Source: Candidatus Sungiibacteriota bacterium (GTDB lineage Bacteria > Patescibacteriota > Minisyncoccia > Sungbacterales > JACQCQ01). Taken from it: a DNA stretch of 64,000 nt. The notes below the pieces were generated by a model that was not told the origin of the DNA, did not search any database, and saw only the letters and a list, made by a program, of their open reading frames with translations. Both the position numbers and the translations under genes were made by a program. The stretch covers positions 80,830 to 144,829 of the forward strand of contig JACQCQ010000013.1 of the NCBI GenBank assembly GCA_016201505.1, read 5' to 3'. Positions 1 to 9,374 of this stretch are shown one piece after another. The number at the start of each line of letters is the position of its first letter. The stretch's first letter is position 1.

Positions 1-367
1 TGTTGACGCGGCGCATGATGAGCGGCGTTACGACTTCTTCTTCGCTCTGGCCCAAGGCGTATTCTTTTTCCGTGCGGCTTCTTAATTTAAATAAAATATC
101 AATCGAGTCCCAGCCGCCGGTCGTCTGCCAAATAGATTTAGGATGCAGCAGCGGCATCAAAATCTCTTCTCCGCCGATGGTGTTCATTTCCTGGCGGACA
201 ATCGTCTCAATCTTCCGCAGTACGCGAAGGCCAAGCGGCAAATAGGAATAGACACCAGCCATCAATTTTTCAACATACCCGGCACGCGTAAGCAGCCGGG
301 CATTGATGGCCACTTCATCTTTGGGCGCCTCGCGGGTGGTACGCGCAAACAGTTGAGACAGTCTCAT
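1..367 (-). CDS. proS: Prolyl-tRNA synthetase, N-terminal fragment. The start codon is rc of 365-367 and the gene runs off the left edge. It is not in the ORF track because there is no stop inside the window.
   Basis: Manual minus-strand translation gives MRLSQLFARTTREAPKDEVAINARLLTRAGYVEKLMAGVYSYLPLGLRVLRKIETIVRQEMN, which matches the conserved ProRS N-terminus (class II aaRS motif region). Confidence 0.8.
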   Translation of the reverse strand, partial: MRLSQLFARTTREAPKDEVAINARLLTRAGYVEKLMAGVYSYLPLGLRVLRKIETIVRQEMNTIGGEEILMPLLHPKSIWQTTGGWDSIDILFKLRSRTEKEYALGQSEEEVVTPLIMRRVN

Positions 368-409
368 CAAAATCAGTTTAATACGAAAAAGAGAACCCCT
401 CCAGCGTGT

Positions 410-451
410 ATAAAAAACAACGCCCCGATTCGCGCATGCGCGAATCGGGGG
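410..451 (-). terminator. Rho-independent terminator downstream of the 514..1152 minus-strand gene.
   Basis: Perfect hairpin CCCCGATTCGCGCATGCGCGAATCGGGG (423-450) preceded on the plus strand by an A-run, which is a U-run on the minus strand. Confidence 0.6.
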
Positions 452-513
452 CCAAGGGTTAAAGGATCAACGTGATAGAGTGACCCGCGGAGGGTCTGCC
501 TGCCGCAGGCAGG

Positions 514-1152
514 TCAAGCCGCCACAAGGAAAGAGGAATTGCGGGAGAACACCCGGTCGCCCTCATACCACCTGATCGGATCCGCGACAACGCGCGCAAA
601 CAGGTGCCACTCGCAGGCATTCCGGAACACGAACACTGCACGGAGGATGCCTTTGGCATCCTTGACATAGAAGATGTTGGCGCGGCCGTCGGTGAGGAGC
701 GGACCCGGCTCGCCCTGTGACTGATGCGTGATCAGCCAGTTGATCTGGGCGAGGGTCGTCTCCTCGTGCTCCGCACCGAGCTCCTGCCGGATCTCGCGGT
801 CGAGGGCGTTCCTTGTGAGGGACGCGTAGGCGAGAGTCACCTCGGCCTGCGGCTCCTCTTCACCCGCGAGGAACCACTCCCTGAAGTTCCCCCAGAGATG
901 CACTCCGTCATGGACGAGGCACGAAGCGATGAACTTCTCGGGGAGGGCAGGGATGGTGAGGGTGTTGATGGGGGCGAGGAGTTGGGGCTTTGCCGGCTGC
1001 GGCGTCTCGGCCTTCACCCAGCAGGTCTCCTGCCGCAGAAACTTCTTCAGCTCCGCTTCCCATCGTTCGCCATCTGCACCCAAGAGATTCTTCTCCAACT
1101 GATGGCGCAGTCCGAGGTTAGCCCGGAGCGCGCGTCTGAGCATAGGGTTCAT
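514..1152 (-). CDS. Hypothetical protein (212 aa) in a high-GC (~60%) island; no family recognised.
   Basis: Long clean ORF with its own terminator. Composition is strongly atypical versus the AT-rich neighbourhood. Confidence 0.5.
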   Translation of the reverse strand: MNPMLRRALRANLGLRHQLEKNLLGADGERWEAELKKFLRQETCWVKAETPQPAKPQLLAPINTLTIPALPEKFIASCLVHDGVHLWGNFREWFLAGEEEPQAEVTLAYASLTRNALDREIRQELGAEHEETTLAQINWLITHQSQGEPGPLLTDGRANIFYVKDAKGILRAVFVFRNACEWHLFARVVADPIRWYEGDRVFSRNSSFLVAA

Positions 1153-1381
1153 GGTCAGACTCCCTTCCTTTAAGTTTTAGCGCCTCATCTTCGCTGGGCG
1201 CCACTTGAATAGTACTATAATACCTAAAATAAGATGTGTCAATAATCGCGTCGCCTGGGGAGACTACTGGTGTGTTATTTCTATCGCTTTATAGAGATTC
1301 TATCTCCAGGCCTTTAAATGGCGAACTAAACCACGAAACAATCGCCCTTCCATTTACTGATACTTACATTACACATTACAA

Positions 1382-1419
1382 ACTAGTACATTTTATCCGA
1401 TCGGATAAAATGTACTAGT
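1382..1419. promoter_or_regulatory. 38-bp perfect palindrome ACTAGTACATTTTATCCGA|TCGGATAAAATGTACTAGT (operator type 1, copy a). It abuts the stop codon of the regulator gene.
   Basis: Perfect 19+19 inverted repeat. Related copies occur at 1978-2015 and 17034-17071. Confidence 0.6.
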
Positions 1420-1976
1420 TATCTATGAATACCAAACTTATACAATAAATACTTTTCTGAAGTAACTGAATCAGCCACAATATAATGCACGTATTTTCCG
1501 ATTTGGAAGGATTCTGCAATAAAATCTATCTCATCTTTACATTCATATGGCCAAACCCAAAGACTTTTTTGCAGCTGTACGCAGCCAAGATCAATCAGTT
1601 TATGGCGCAACGCATCCCTGCCTCTTCTCAATTGTTCAGGAATATCAAACGCAATCATCCTCCATTTGCCATCCCACATCGGAAAGGTGGGCAATACGAT
1701 CGATTCAAGGTTGTAAATGAGAGCTTTCCTTTTACCTTCTTCGGTCAGGGTAATCCTTGTTTTTCCGCCGATCTCTTTATATTCAATATATTTCTTGCGT
1801 CGTAAATAGTTAATCGTCCAAATAAATTTTTCTCGTTCCTGCTTTTGTTTTATTTCTTTACGGAGCGCAGAGAGCAATTTGCTTGAAAAATTTTTGTTCC
1901 CCAAAGCAAGATAGAAAGCTCCCGCATTCAATAAAAGTTTTAGGAGCTGGCTCGTATACCCATGGTGATTCCTCAT
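1419..1976 (-). CDS. Small transcriptional regulator with an N-terminal winged-helix and a C-terminal Cas2/PaaX_C-like domain (PaaX-family-like). The true start is probably the internal Met of ORF 1419..2267.
   Basis: The C-terminus MIAFDIPEQLRRGRDALRHKLIDLGCVQLQKSLWV resembles the Cas2/PaaX C-domain pattern (I/V)xFD(I/V)...RR..L...L...G.R.Q.S(V/L)(F/W). A wH-like segment KKYIEYKEIGGKTRITLTEEGKRKAL is also present. The longer ORF would overlap gap and read through the palindrome. Confidence 0.55.
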   Translation of the reverse strand: MRNHHGYTSQLLKLLLNAGAFYLALGNKNFSSKLLSALRKEIKQKQEREKFIWTINYLRRKKYIEYKEIGGKTRITLTEEGKRKALIYNLESIVLPTFPMWDGKWRMIAFDIPEQLRRGRDALRHKLIDLGCVQLQKSLWVWPYECKDEIDFIAESFQIGKYVHYIVADSVTSEKYLLYKFGIHR

Positions 1977-1977
1977 A

Positions 1978-2015
1978 ACTAGTATTTTATTCCCGATCGG
2001 ATAAAAAATACTAGT
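1978..2015. promoter_or_regulatory. Operator type 1, copy b (imperfect palindrome ACTAGTATTTTATTCCCGA|TCGGATAAAAAATACTAGT), 2 nt upstream of the regulator start codon.
   Basis: Same half-site core as 1382-1419. It overlaps the expected promoter/RBS region of the regulator, suggesting autoregulation. Confidence 0.55.
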
Positions 2016-2068
2016 TCTGCTTGGATGCTCGTATACTCCGATGCCTATGAGCCGATCATAAGCCTCGA

Positions 2069-3073
2069 CTACATCTTGCCTACCCTCCGCACGTGCTCGA
2101 CGAGGGTCGAGGTGTAACCGTACTCGTTGTCGTACCAGGAAAAAACTTTCACTAGATCGCCGTCGATCACCTGCGTCAGCGTTAGATCCACAATCGCGCC
2201 GTATGGCTCGCCGATGATGTCGGTGGAAACAACTGGATCCTCTGTAACTTTTAAAACTTTTTCCCATCTTGTGTCGCCCGCCGCTTTTTTAAAAATAGAG
2301 TTTACTTCCTCGACAGTGGTAGGTCGTCCAACCAGCGCTGTTATATCCGAGATTGACCCAGAAATAACGGGAACGCGGAAGGCCATGGCGCCGAATTTTC
2401 CGAGAAGGTCGGGGATGGATTGAATCACGGCTTCCGCCGCCCCGGTGGTTGAAGGCACGATGTTCGCCGCCGCGGCCCGACCGCGGCGCATGTCTTTTGT
2501 ATCCGGCCCGTCAACTAATTTCTGGGTTGCCGTATAGCCGTGCACCGTCGACATGCCGGCTTTTTTAATGCCGAGCGTCTCTTTTAGAATTTGCATCACG
2601 GGTGCCGTGGCATTCGTCGTGCAAGAGGCATTCGCCGAAATCTTTTTAATCGATCCAGCAAATAGAGTGTCGTTGACGCCAACCAGTGCCGTCGTGACTT
2701 CACCGGTTGCGGGGGCGGTGATCACCACCCGGCGCGCGCCAGCACTCAAATGCGCCTCGGCTTTAGCCGAGTCCGTATAGAATCCGGTGGACTCAAGCAC
2801 GACATCAATGCCGTATGACTTCCAGGGCAGTTTTAGCGCCTCTTTTTCGGCCAGAACCTTAACCTCCCTCCCATCAACTACCAGAAATCCTTCTTTTGCT
2901 TTTACTACTTTATCGTAACGGCCGTAGACGCTGTCGTATTTCAATAGATAGGCCAGCGTCTTGGTGTCGGTCAAATCATTAATCGCCACCATATCGAACT
3001 CCGGATCGCCAAAGGTGCGCCTGAAAAAATTACGCCCGATTCTTCCGAAACCATTGATGGCAATTTTTATCAT
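2069..3073 (-). CDS. gap: Glyceraldehyde-3-phosphate dehydrogenase.
   Basis: MIKIAINGFGRIGR Rossmann N-terminus; active-site ASCTTNA motif; full-length GAPDH similarity. Confidence 0.9.
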   Translation of the reverse strand: MIKIAINGFGRIGRNFFRRTFGDPEFDMVAINDLTDTKTLAYLLKYDSVYGRYDKVVKAKEGFLVVDGREVKVLAEKEALKLPWKSYGIDVVLESTGFYTDSAKAEAHLSAGARRVVITAPATGEVTTALVGVNDTLFAGSIKKISANASCTTNATAPVMQILKETLGIKKAGMSTVHGYTATQKLVDGPDTKDMRRGRAAAANIVPSTTGAAEAVIQSIPDLLGKFGAMAFRVPVISGSISDITALVGRPTTVEEVNSIFKKAAGDTRWEKVLKVTEDPVVSTDIIGEPYGAIVDLTLTQVIDGDLVKVFSWYDNEYGYTSTLVEHVRRVGKM

Positions 3074-3126
3074 AGCCCAACTTTTAACGCTCACGTCTCT
3101 ATACTAAAGAATTTTCTGAAACAGAG

Positions 3127-3333
3127 TTATGAGGCTTTAAACCCCAAGGTGCCGATCTCCTCGATAATTTTTTCTTTGGTAATTTTAGCGGGATCAAATT
3201 CAAACGTCCCCTGCTTTTTGTCGTAATCAACAAATGCCGACCCGACTCCATCGAGCTGGGAGGTCAGCATCTGGATACCCGTGGCACAGGCCCCGCAGTG
3301 CATGCCTTCAATGTTCATATCGATTTTTTCCAT
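3127..3333 (-). CDS. copZ: Copper chaperone with heavy-metal-associated (HMA) domain.
   Basis: GMHCGACA metal-binding motif; 68-aa HMA fold protein adjacent to copA. Confidence 0.85.
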   Translation of the reverse strand: MEKIDMNIEGMHCGACATGIQMLTSQLDGVGSAFVDYDKKQGTFEFDPAKITKEKIIEEIGTLGFKAS

Positions 3334-3387
3334 AATTTTTTAGCCAGTTTTAATTTTTGATTCTTGGCCGCCTTTGGGCGAGCCTCG

Positions 3388-5925
3388 TTATTTGAGCGGG
3401 CCGCCTTTGGACTTTAGCTCGGCTGCTTCTTTTAACTTCTCGCGCTCCATCGGCGGAAGGTAGCGGCGCAGAAACAGTGAATTCGTCACCACCGAGACCG
3501 AGGAGAATGCCATGGCAAACCCGGCAATCTCGGGGCGAAGCGAAGACTGCGAGAGATTCAGAAACGCCGACCCGGCCTTGCCCATCTTTGAGGCGAGGCG
3601 AACCACCCAGGGCGCGGCAGCGCCTCCGATGCGCGTCTGGGTGACAAACAGATGCAGGCCCCCAGCCACCGGAATGGCCACCACATTATATATGAACGCC
3701 CAGAAGAGATTCTGCCAGACCTTGTGGATGGTTTTACCCGAGAGCTGAATGGAAGTGACGACGTCGCGCAGATCATCTTTTACCAGCACCACCTGCCCGG
3801 TCTGCACCGCCACATCCGTGCCCGATCCGACGGCAATGCCGATATCGGCCTGCGCCAGTGCCGGCGAGTCGTTGATCCCGTCACCCACCATGGCGACCGT
3901 CTTGCCCTCGGCCTGCAATTTTTTGATGACCGCGGCTTTGTCTTGCGGCAGAACCTGGGCCATCGCGCGATCAATGCCAATCTCTTTGGCAATGGCCTCG
4001 GCCGTTCGCGGATTGTCGCCCGTAATCATTACAATTTCTTTGCCCATTTTTTTTAGGGCGAGAATCGCCTCTTTGGCGTGAGGCTTTAGGGTATCGGCCA
4101 TGGCAATAATCGCCTGAGCCTTCCCATCAACCGCCAGAAAGACGACGGTCTTGGCTTCGTTTTCGAGTTTTTCGGCCTCGGCGCGATGGGCTTCAATCGC
4201 CACATTCAACTGCTGCATATACGCCGAGTTGCCCAGCCTGACCTTCTTGCCCAAGACCGTGCCTTCAACGCCGAAGCCCGAAAGGGCTTTAAAATCTTTG
4301 ACCTCGGGCACCGCGCCTTTTTCTTTTTGCTTTTCAATGACCGCGCGCGACAAAGGATGCTCGGAGCCGGTTTCAACTCCGGCGGCCAGCGCCAAGGCCG
4401 CTTCGGCATCAGCACCGTTTATGGCCAGGAAGTTTGTGACGACGGGTTTTCCAATCGTCAGCGTTCCAGTTTTATCAAAGGCAATCAAGCTAATTTTATA
4501 AGCTTTTTCAAGCGCCTCGCCGCCCTTTAAGATAATGCCAAAGCGCGCCGCGCGGCCGATGCCGACAATGAGAGCCGTCGGCGTGGCGAGGCCCATGGCG
4601 CAGGGACAGGAGATGACCAGGACCGCAATGGCTTTAATCAGGGCCGCGCGAAACTGGCCGGGCACGAGAATAAAATACCAGGCAGAAAAGGTGACGACGG
4701 CAAGGACCACGACGGCCGGCACAAAATATTCTGAAATTTTATCGACTAAATCCTGAATCGGGGCGCGCGTGGCCTGGGCTTCTTCCACCATCTGAATAAT
4801 TTGGTAGAGCAGTGTTTCTTTGCCCACTTTGGTGGCTTTAAACTTAAAGAGGCCCTCCTGATTGATGGTGGCTCCGATCACCTCATCACCCGCGCCCTTG
4901 CCCACCGGAAATGATTCGCCGGTCACGACCTTCTCATCGATGTGGGTTTTCCCCTCGACGATGACGCCGTCAACCGGAATCTTCTCGCCGGGGCGCACCA
5001 CCACAACCTCGCCTTTTTGAATTTGATCGATCGGCACGGTTACTTCTTGGCCCGCGCGTATCACATGCGCTTCTTTGGCCTCCAATTTCAAAAGCTCCTT
5101 GATCGCGGCCGAGGCCCGGCCTCGGGCGACCGCTTCAAAGTGCCTGCCTAAGATGATAAAGAAGAGTAAGGCGGCGGATGATTCCCAGAAAGGATGGTCA
5201 ATGCCAAAAAACAGAAACCCGAACATCGAATAAAAATAAGCCGCCGAAGTGCCCAGCACGACCAGAACATCCATATTAGCCGAGCCGACGCGCACTGCCG
5301 TGATGGCATTTCTGTAGAATGGCCAGGCGATGACAAATTGGATGGGTGTTGCCAAGATCCAATAAATATAATTTAAATCAATGCGGAACGGCGGATGAGC
5401 GACATCCATAAAAATCGAGGCGATCAACTTCAGGGGTTGGGCTACAAACCAGAGCAAAAATTCAGCACTGTAGGCGCCGAAGCTCAAAACTTGCGAAATC
5501 ATCGAGGCGGCAGCCCCGGGTGATGCGTAGAGAGGCTGGGCCTGATTCAAAAAGTCGAACAGCTCATGCACATGCGGCAGATTAAACATGTGAATCAGCA
5601 TGTAGTAGACGATAATCGGGCCGGCCAAGAGAGCCGTGGCTTTGACGCGTCTCCTCGACTCCTCGATCTTGCGCGCTTCTACGGCCTCTTCTTCTTCAAC
5701 CGAGGCGCTCACTTCGTCGGGGCGTATGATGTCGTAGCCCAATTTGTGGACCAGCTCGTCGAGCCGCTCTAATTTGACTTTTGATTCATCGTATTCGATG
5801 GCTGTTTTTTCAGCGCCGTAGTTAGTTTTGACCGAAACCACGCCCAGCTCTTTTGCAACCAGCTTGTCAATTAAAATCGCGCATGAGGCGCAGTGCATTC
5901 CTTTGACTTTCAAAACTGTTTTCAT
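3388..5925 (-). CDS. copA: Copper-translocating P1B-type ATPase.
   Basis: N-terminal HMA (GMHCASCA); CPC transmembrane motif (SCPCAMGLATP); DKTGTLT phosphorylation site; GDGINDSPAL hinge. Confidence 0.95.
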   Translation of the reverse strand: MKTVLKVKGMHCASCAILIDKLVAKELGVVSVKTNYGAEKTAIEYDESKVKLERLDELVHKLGYDIIRPDEVSASVEEEEAVEARKIEESRRRVKATALLAGPIIVYYMLIHMFNLPHVHELFDFLNQAQPLYASPGAAASMISQVLSFGAYSAEFLLWFVAQPLKLIASIFMDVAHPPFRIDLNYIYWILATPIQFVIAWPFYRNAITAVRVGSANMDVLVVLGTSAAYFYSMFGFLFFGIDHPFWESSAALLFFIILGRHFEAVARGRASAAIKELLKLEAKEAHVIRAGQEVTVPIDQIQKGEVVVVRPGEKIPVDGVIVEGKTHIDEKVVTGESFPVGKGAGDEVIGATINQEGLFKFKATKVGKETLLYQIIQMVEEAQATRAPIQDLVDKISEYFVPAVVVLAVVTFSAWYFILVPGQFRAALIKAIAVLVISCPCAMGLATPTALIVGIGRAARFGIILKGGEALEKAYKISLIAFDKTGTLTIGKPVVTNFLAINGADAEAALALAAGVETGSEHPLSRAVIEKQKEKGAVPEVKDFKALSGFGVEGTVLGKKVRLGNSAYMQQLNVAIEAHRAEAEKLENEAKTVVFLAVDGKAQAIIAMADTLKPHAKEAILALKKMGKEIVMITGDNPRTAEAIAKEIGIDRAMAQVLPQDKAAVIKKLQAEGKTVAMVGDGINDSPALAQADIGIAVGSGTDVAVQTGQVVLVKDDLRDVVTSIQLSGKTIHKVWQNLFWAFIYNVVAIPVAGGLHLFVTQTRIGGAAAPWVVRLASKMGKAGSAFLNLSQSSLRPEIAGFAMAFSSVSVVTNSLFLRRYLPPMEREKLKEAAELKSKGGPLK

Positions 5926-5934
5926 ATGAGTGCG

Positions 5935-6363
5935 TTAACTTGAAGCTGGGACCACGTGTATGACCCCGACCATGTCAAAATGCGTCCGTTTTTTACCGTC
6001 GACAACTCCTTCGCCGCAGGGTACGGAGCAGTAAAAAGAAAAGTCGCCTTCTTGGGTCACCGTAAATTCAATCGTGATGGTTGAATTGGCCGGCATTCTT
6101 TGAGAGACGCCGTAGGCGTCAATCGCCAGGCCGTGATCATAATCGTCTTCGTTTACGACTGTGGCCACGATTTTGTCGCCGCGAATAACCGTGATTTGGT
6201 CGGGGAGAAAGCGCCACTGATTCTTTTTGGCGACAATCGTGACGGCTTTTACATTTCCGGTAATGACCGGGGCTTGACCTCTGGGCAAGATGAAATACCG
6301 ATAACCCATGCCGGCGACAAGTATCACGAGGCCGACAATGATTAAAATGAGATATTTATTCAT
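5935..6363 (-). CDS. Membrane-anchored cupredoxin-domain protein with CuA-like ligands.
   Basis: N-terminal TM helix; C-terminal FYCSVPCGEGVVDGKKRTHFDM (Cys-x3-Cys-Gly...His-x2-Met) resembling CuA/cupredoxin copper-site spacing. Confidence 0.6.
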   Translation of the reverse strand: MNKYLILIIVGLVILVAGMGYRYFILPRGQAPVITGNVKAVTIVAKKNQWRFLPDQITVIRGDKIVATVVNEDDYDHGLAIDAYGVSQRMPANSTITIEFTVTQEGDFSFYCSVPCGEGVVDGKKRTHFDMVGVIHVVPASS

Positions 6364-8509
6364 GAACTTTATCGGGTTTAATGCGCTTCGGCTCAAGATA
6401 GCGCTTGACCGCCCGCGCGAGCGCCACGATTAAGATAAGCGAGCCAATTAAATTCAGCCACCAGGGCGAAATCGGCAGTGTCGGCTTGTCGACCACCCTG
6501 ACCCAAAAGACAGCGGCGAGGGCCTCATCGGGCGGCAAATGAATGCCGGTCGGCCTAAACTGGGCAAAGACGCGATAAAGGCCCGACTCGGGAAAGGTTG
6601 CGGTAAAGTTGACGGTGTGGCCATAGCTGTCGGGGTGGGTGTGCACAAACTGCGACCAGTCATCTTTGATCATGGTCAAATGCATGGGGACTGTGAGGTA
6701 GTTTTCCAGCTCGACATCGGCCCCGGCAACCGTATGGACCTCGATTTGGAGGGTCGTGCTAATATTTTTGACGAAGGGATCAATACCGAGCATACCAACC
6801 TGATAGGTGCGACCGTCGGAATCGGCAACGAGAACCGTGCGCGAAAGATTTACATTTTTTTCATCAGTTGGTCCCGCCCCCCTGACCTCGATGACCGGCT
6901 CGCCAAAGACATGATCCACGCCGTCCTGTTGAATTTCAGACCAGATTTTATAGCGCCCGGGTTTTAGGAATGTATGTGTGATGGTCATGAGGCCGGTCGT
7001 GGTAGCCGCAGCAGCGGGGTGAATATGAAAGAATTCCGCCATGTCGGAACGCACGCCAATGACATGCATCAGCTTGCCATGGTTGTATTCCAGCTGCGAA
7101 ATAGGGATCGGCGAATTGGCCGGCTTTTGCGAGACGAAGAAACCAAGTTCTGCAGGTTCCCCGACACGTAGAGACGATGTGGCCTCGCAGGCGGCGCAGC
7201 CCGTACCTGCCAGTACTTTCATAATCGAGACCGGGCCGTCGGTTGTGGCCAAGGCATCGTGATAGGCTGTCGGGTTATGCGTGTGGCCGCTTCCGTTTGA
7301 GGTCATGGCGCCTGTATGCGTATCGGTCATCGATTCTTCATGCGTATGCGTCATGGCCTGATTTAAAAAGCGCTGCGGCAGGACGTTGATAAAAAGAACG
7401 GCGAGAAGCAGAGACAGAGTGATGAGAAACCAAAGCCGCAACGGCCGAACCCGGGTCTCAATTTTTTGTTCCTCGGGAGGAAGTTTCTCGGCCTGGGCTT
7501 TTTTCTTTTGGTAGTACCAAAAAAATGGCCAGACCCAAAGGAGTACCAAAGCCCAGTTTCCCAGCCAGAGCGGCTGGCCGAAAAGACCCGTTCCTGTCGG
7601 TATGCCGTGCGTGTGCGGGATGCCGCCTAAGTTGAATTGTTTGATCAAAAAGCCGAGAAAGCCCTCCTCCTGCGTAATACTCTCCAGGAGTGTGTGCTGG
7701 CCGGAGAAGACCCACCAGTCATGTGTAAACAAGCCGAGTATTAAAATAAAAGCGGCCACAAGGACCATCATCCAGCCGGTGGCTTTTTCGATTTTCTCTT
7801 TCCGCGAAACGAGCCAGGAGAGAGCGTTTGTGCCTAAGATGGCCAGCACCGCGAGAATTAAAAGCGGAATGACGCGGCCGATGGCATGGGTCAAAAATAA
7901 GGTCCAGCCGTAAAAGACATTGCCCGAAACCGCAATGCGGCCCAAGATCAGCGGGGTAGCCGGATGCGGGCAACCGACGCCGACGTTCCCCAAAAACAGT
8001 CCGAGAAGAAAGGCTTTGATGAAATCCTGCTGTTTTTGGATAAAGGCCGGCGCCGCACCACGGTAGGTTGGCATGTGAAAGTTAATCAGTCCAATCTCGC
8101 CCAGGGCAAAAAGATAGGCGAAGATGCCGGCGCCAAAGTACAGCCAATTTTTTACCAACTCAAGCGGAGCGCCCAAAGAGCCGATGGCCACCTTGCCGAG
8201 AAAGGCCGCGGCGATGCCGTACACCGAGAGCATCAAGGAAACTCCGAGACCAAAGGCGAGCGCAACCCCCAAACCTTTGAGCGGTCCCTTGCCCATGGAT
8301 AGCGGGACAATCACGAAGGCGAGCGGCAGGGTGCAGGGGAGCACAATCATGGTGAGCCCCATCACAAAACTGAAAATATACCAGCCGAGCCCGACGGAGT
8401 TTTGTCCCGCGCCGGCTACAATCACATACCCAACGCCAAAGAGGGCGAGAGCAATGAGACCAACCAGTACAGCGACGAGAATGAATTTAGCGCTCTCTCT
8501 GATGGCCAT
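6356..8509 (-). CDS. Fusion protein: CcdA/DsbD-type thiol-disulfide transporter TM domain plus a periplasmic His/Met-rich CxxC metal-binding domain plus a C-terminal TM anchor.
   Basis: CcdA-like motifs LPCTLPLAF and GVGCPHPATPLILG in TM helices. Downstream are MTHTHEESMTDTHTGAMTSNGSGHTHN and GTGCAACEATSS (CxxC) plus many His residues. The gene sits in the copper cluster. Confidence 0.7.
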   Translation of the reverse strand: MAIRESAKFILVAVLVGLIALALFGVGYVIVAGAGQNSVGLGWYIFSFVMGLTMIVLPCTLPLAFVIVPLSMGKGPLKGLGVALAFGLGVSLMLSVYGIAAAFLGKVAIGSLGAPLELVKNWLYFGAGIFAYLFALGEIGLINFHMPTYRGAAPAFIQKQQDFIKAFLLGLFLGNVGVGCPHPATPLILGRIAVSGNVFYGWTLFLTHAIGRVIPLLILAVLAILGTNALSWLVSRKEKIEKATGWMMVLVAAFILILGLFTHDWWVFSGQHTLLESITQEEGFLGFLIKQFNLGGIPHTHGIPTGTGLFGQPLWLGNWALVLLWVWPFFWYYQKKKAQAEKLPPEEQKIETRVRPLRLWFLITLSLLLAVLFINVLPQRFLNQAMTHTHEESMTDTHTGAMTSNGSGHTHNPTAYHDALATTDGPVSIMKVLAGTGCAACEATSSLRVGEPAELGFFVSQKPANSPIPISQLEYNHGKLMHVIGVRSDMAEFFHIHPAAAATTTGLMTITHTFLKPGRYKIWSEIQQDGVDHVFGEPVIEVRGAGPTDEKNVNLSRTVLVADSDGRTYQVGMLGIDPFVKNISTTLQIEVHTVAGADVELENYLTVPMHLTMIKDDWSQFVHTHPDSYGHTVNFTATFPESGLYRVFAQFRPTGIHLPPDEALAAVFWVRVVDKPTLPISPWWLNLIGSLILIVALARAVKRYLEPKRIKPDKVHE

Positions 8510-8510
8510 A

Positions 8511-8888
8511 TTATTGTCGTGACGATAACACAACTAAACTCACTGCAGCGCCCAAAAGGCCGATGTCGCGAAAGGTGATAAGATCAACACCGAAGAGCAG
8601 CAAAATCCCCGCCATCTCAAGCGCTGACAAGGTCGCCACCATCGTGACCCAGCGCCGCGGCAGAAAAGGAATAATTAAGACGAGAGCAAAGAGTAACTCC
8701 CCGACTCCCTGAATTTTAACAAATGACGCTGTAGTCAGTAGCGGGGCGACGGCCGACTTCAGCCAAAAGGGAATAAAGTTCGTCCAGCTTTTGGGATGTA
8801 CGAAAAGATCGAATCCGGAATAGACATACATCGCACCGAGACTCAAGCGCAGAACCCATTCCGGATTTATTTTTTTTAAAAGTGCCAT
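8511..8888 (-). CDS. DoxX-family membrane protein.
   Basis: Four hydrophobic helices; DoxX-like pattern (YVYSGFDLF...IPFWL...ELLFALVLIIP). Confidence 0.6.
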   Translation of the reverse strand: MALLKKINPEWVLRLSLGAMYVYSGFDLFVHPKSWTNFIPFWLKSAVAPLLTTASFVKIQGVGELLFALVLIIPFLPRRWVTMVATLSALEMAGILLLFGVDLITFRDIGLLGAAVSLVVLSSRQ

Positions 8889-8901
8889 TGGGTTACAAAA
8901 A

Positions 8902-9168
8902 TTATTCGCCCGAGAGTTCTTTAAGTCTTGCGAGAAACTTCGTCTTATCAAATCCGCCTGTCGCCCAGAGCTCGCCGTTCAACAAAATGCCGGGCGAAGC
9001 AAAAATCATGTGTTTTTGGGCGAGCGCCTGCCCTTCGGGTGTGATCACCGACGTGTTTTTGTAGGTCACAGCCGGCCAGTCCTTTTCAATGGAATGCCAA
9101 AACGCCTCAAAGGCCTGGCAATGTGAACAACCGGGCGAAGAAAGCTCTTCTAGAGCAATGTGCTGCAT
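8902..9168 (-). CDS. Thioredoxin-fold protein with a CxxC active site.
   Basis: SSPGCSHCQAF motif; about 90 aa thioredoxin-like length. Confidence 0.6.
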   Translation of the reverse strand: MQHIALEELSSPGCSHCQAFEAFWHSIEKDWPAVTYKNTSVITPEGQALAQKHMIFASPGILLNGELWATGGFDKTKFLARLKELSGE

Positions 9169-9374
9169 GCGATAGACTTCACTACTCACAAGTATACCAC
9201 CCAAAATTGACCCAAAAGCTCGGTCTGTGGACTAACTTTTGGGCTAACGTCAAAATCGGCCCTTATGGGCTCGCCGGCAGAACTTATTTTTGCCGTCATG
9301 ACTGGGCTGAAACGGCAAACTTCGCAGATAAAAGAAAAACGTCCGCCTAGGAACGTTCTTTCTGCATCAACGCA

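Noticed and set aside
1977-2267. N-terminal 97 codons of ORF 1419..2267, which would make the regulator 282 aa.
   Set aside because: This part overlaps the 3' end of gap on the same strand in another frame. It is Arg/His-rich low-complexity sequence and reads straight through the operator palindrome. The internal Met at 1974-1976 gives a typical about 185-aa wH regulator.
3512-4530. Plus-strand ORFs (78-134 aa) nested antisense inside copA. Similar antisense ORFs sit inside the CcdA-fusion gene, the peptidase gene and the SMC gene.
   Set aside because: They lie opposite long, well-supported genes with clear family motifs, and their composition is typical of antisense frames.
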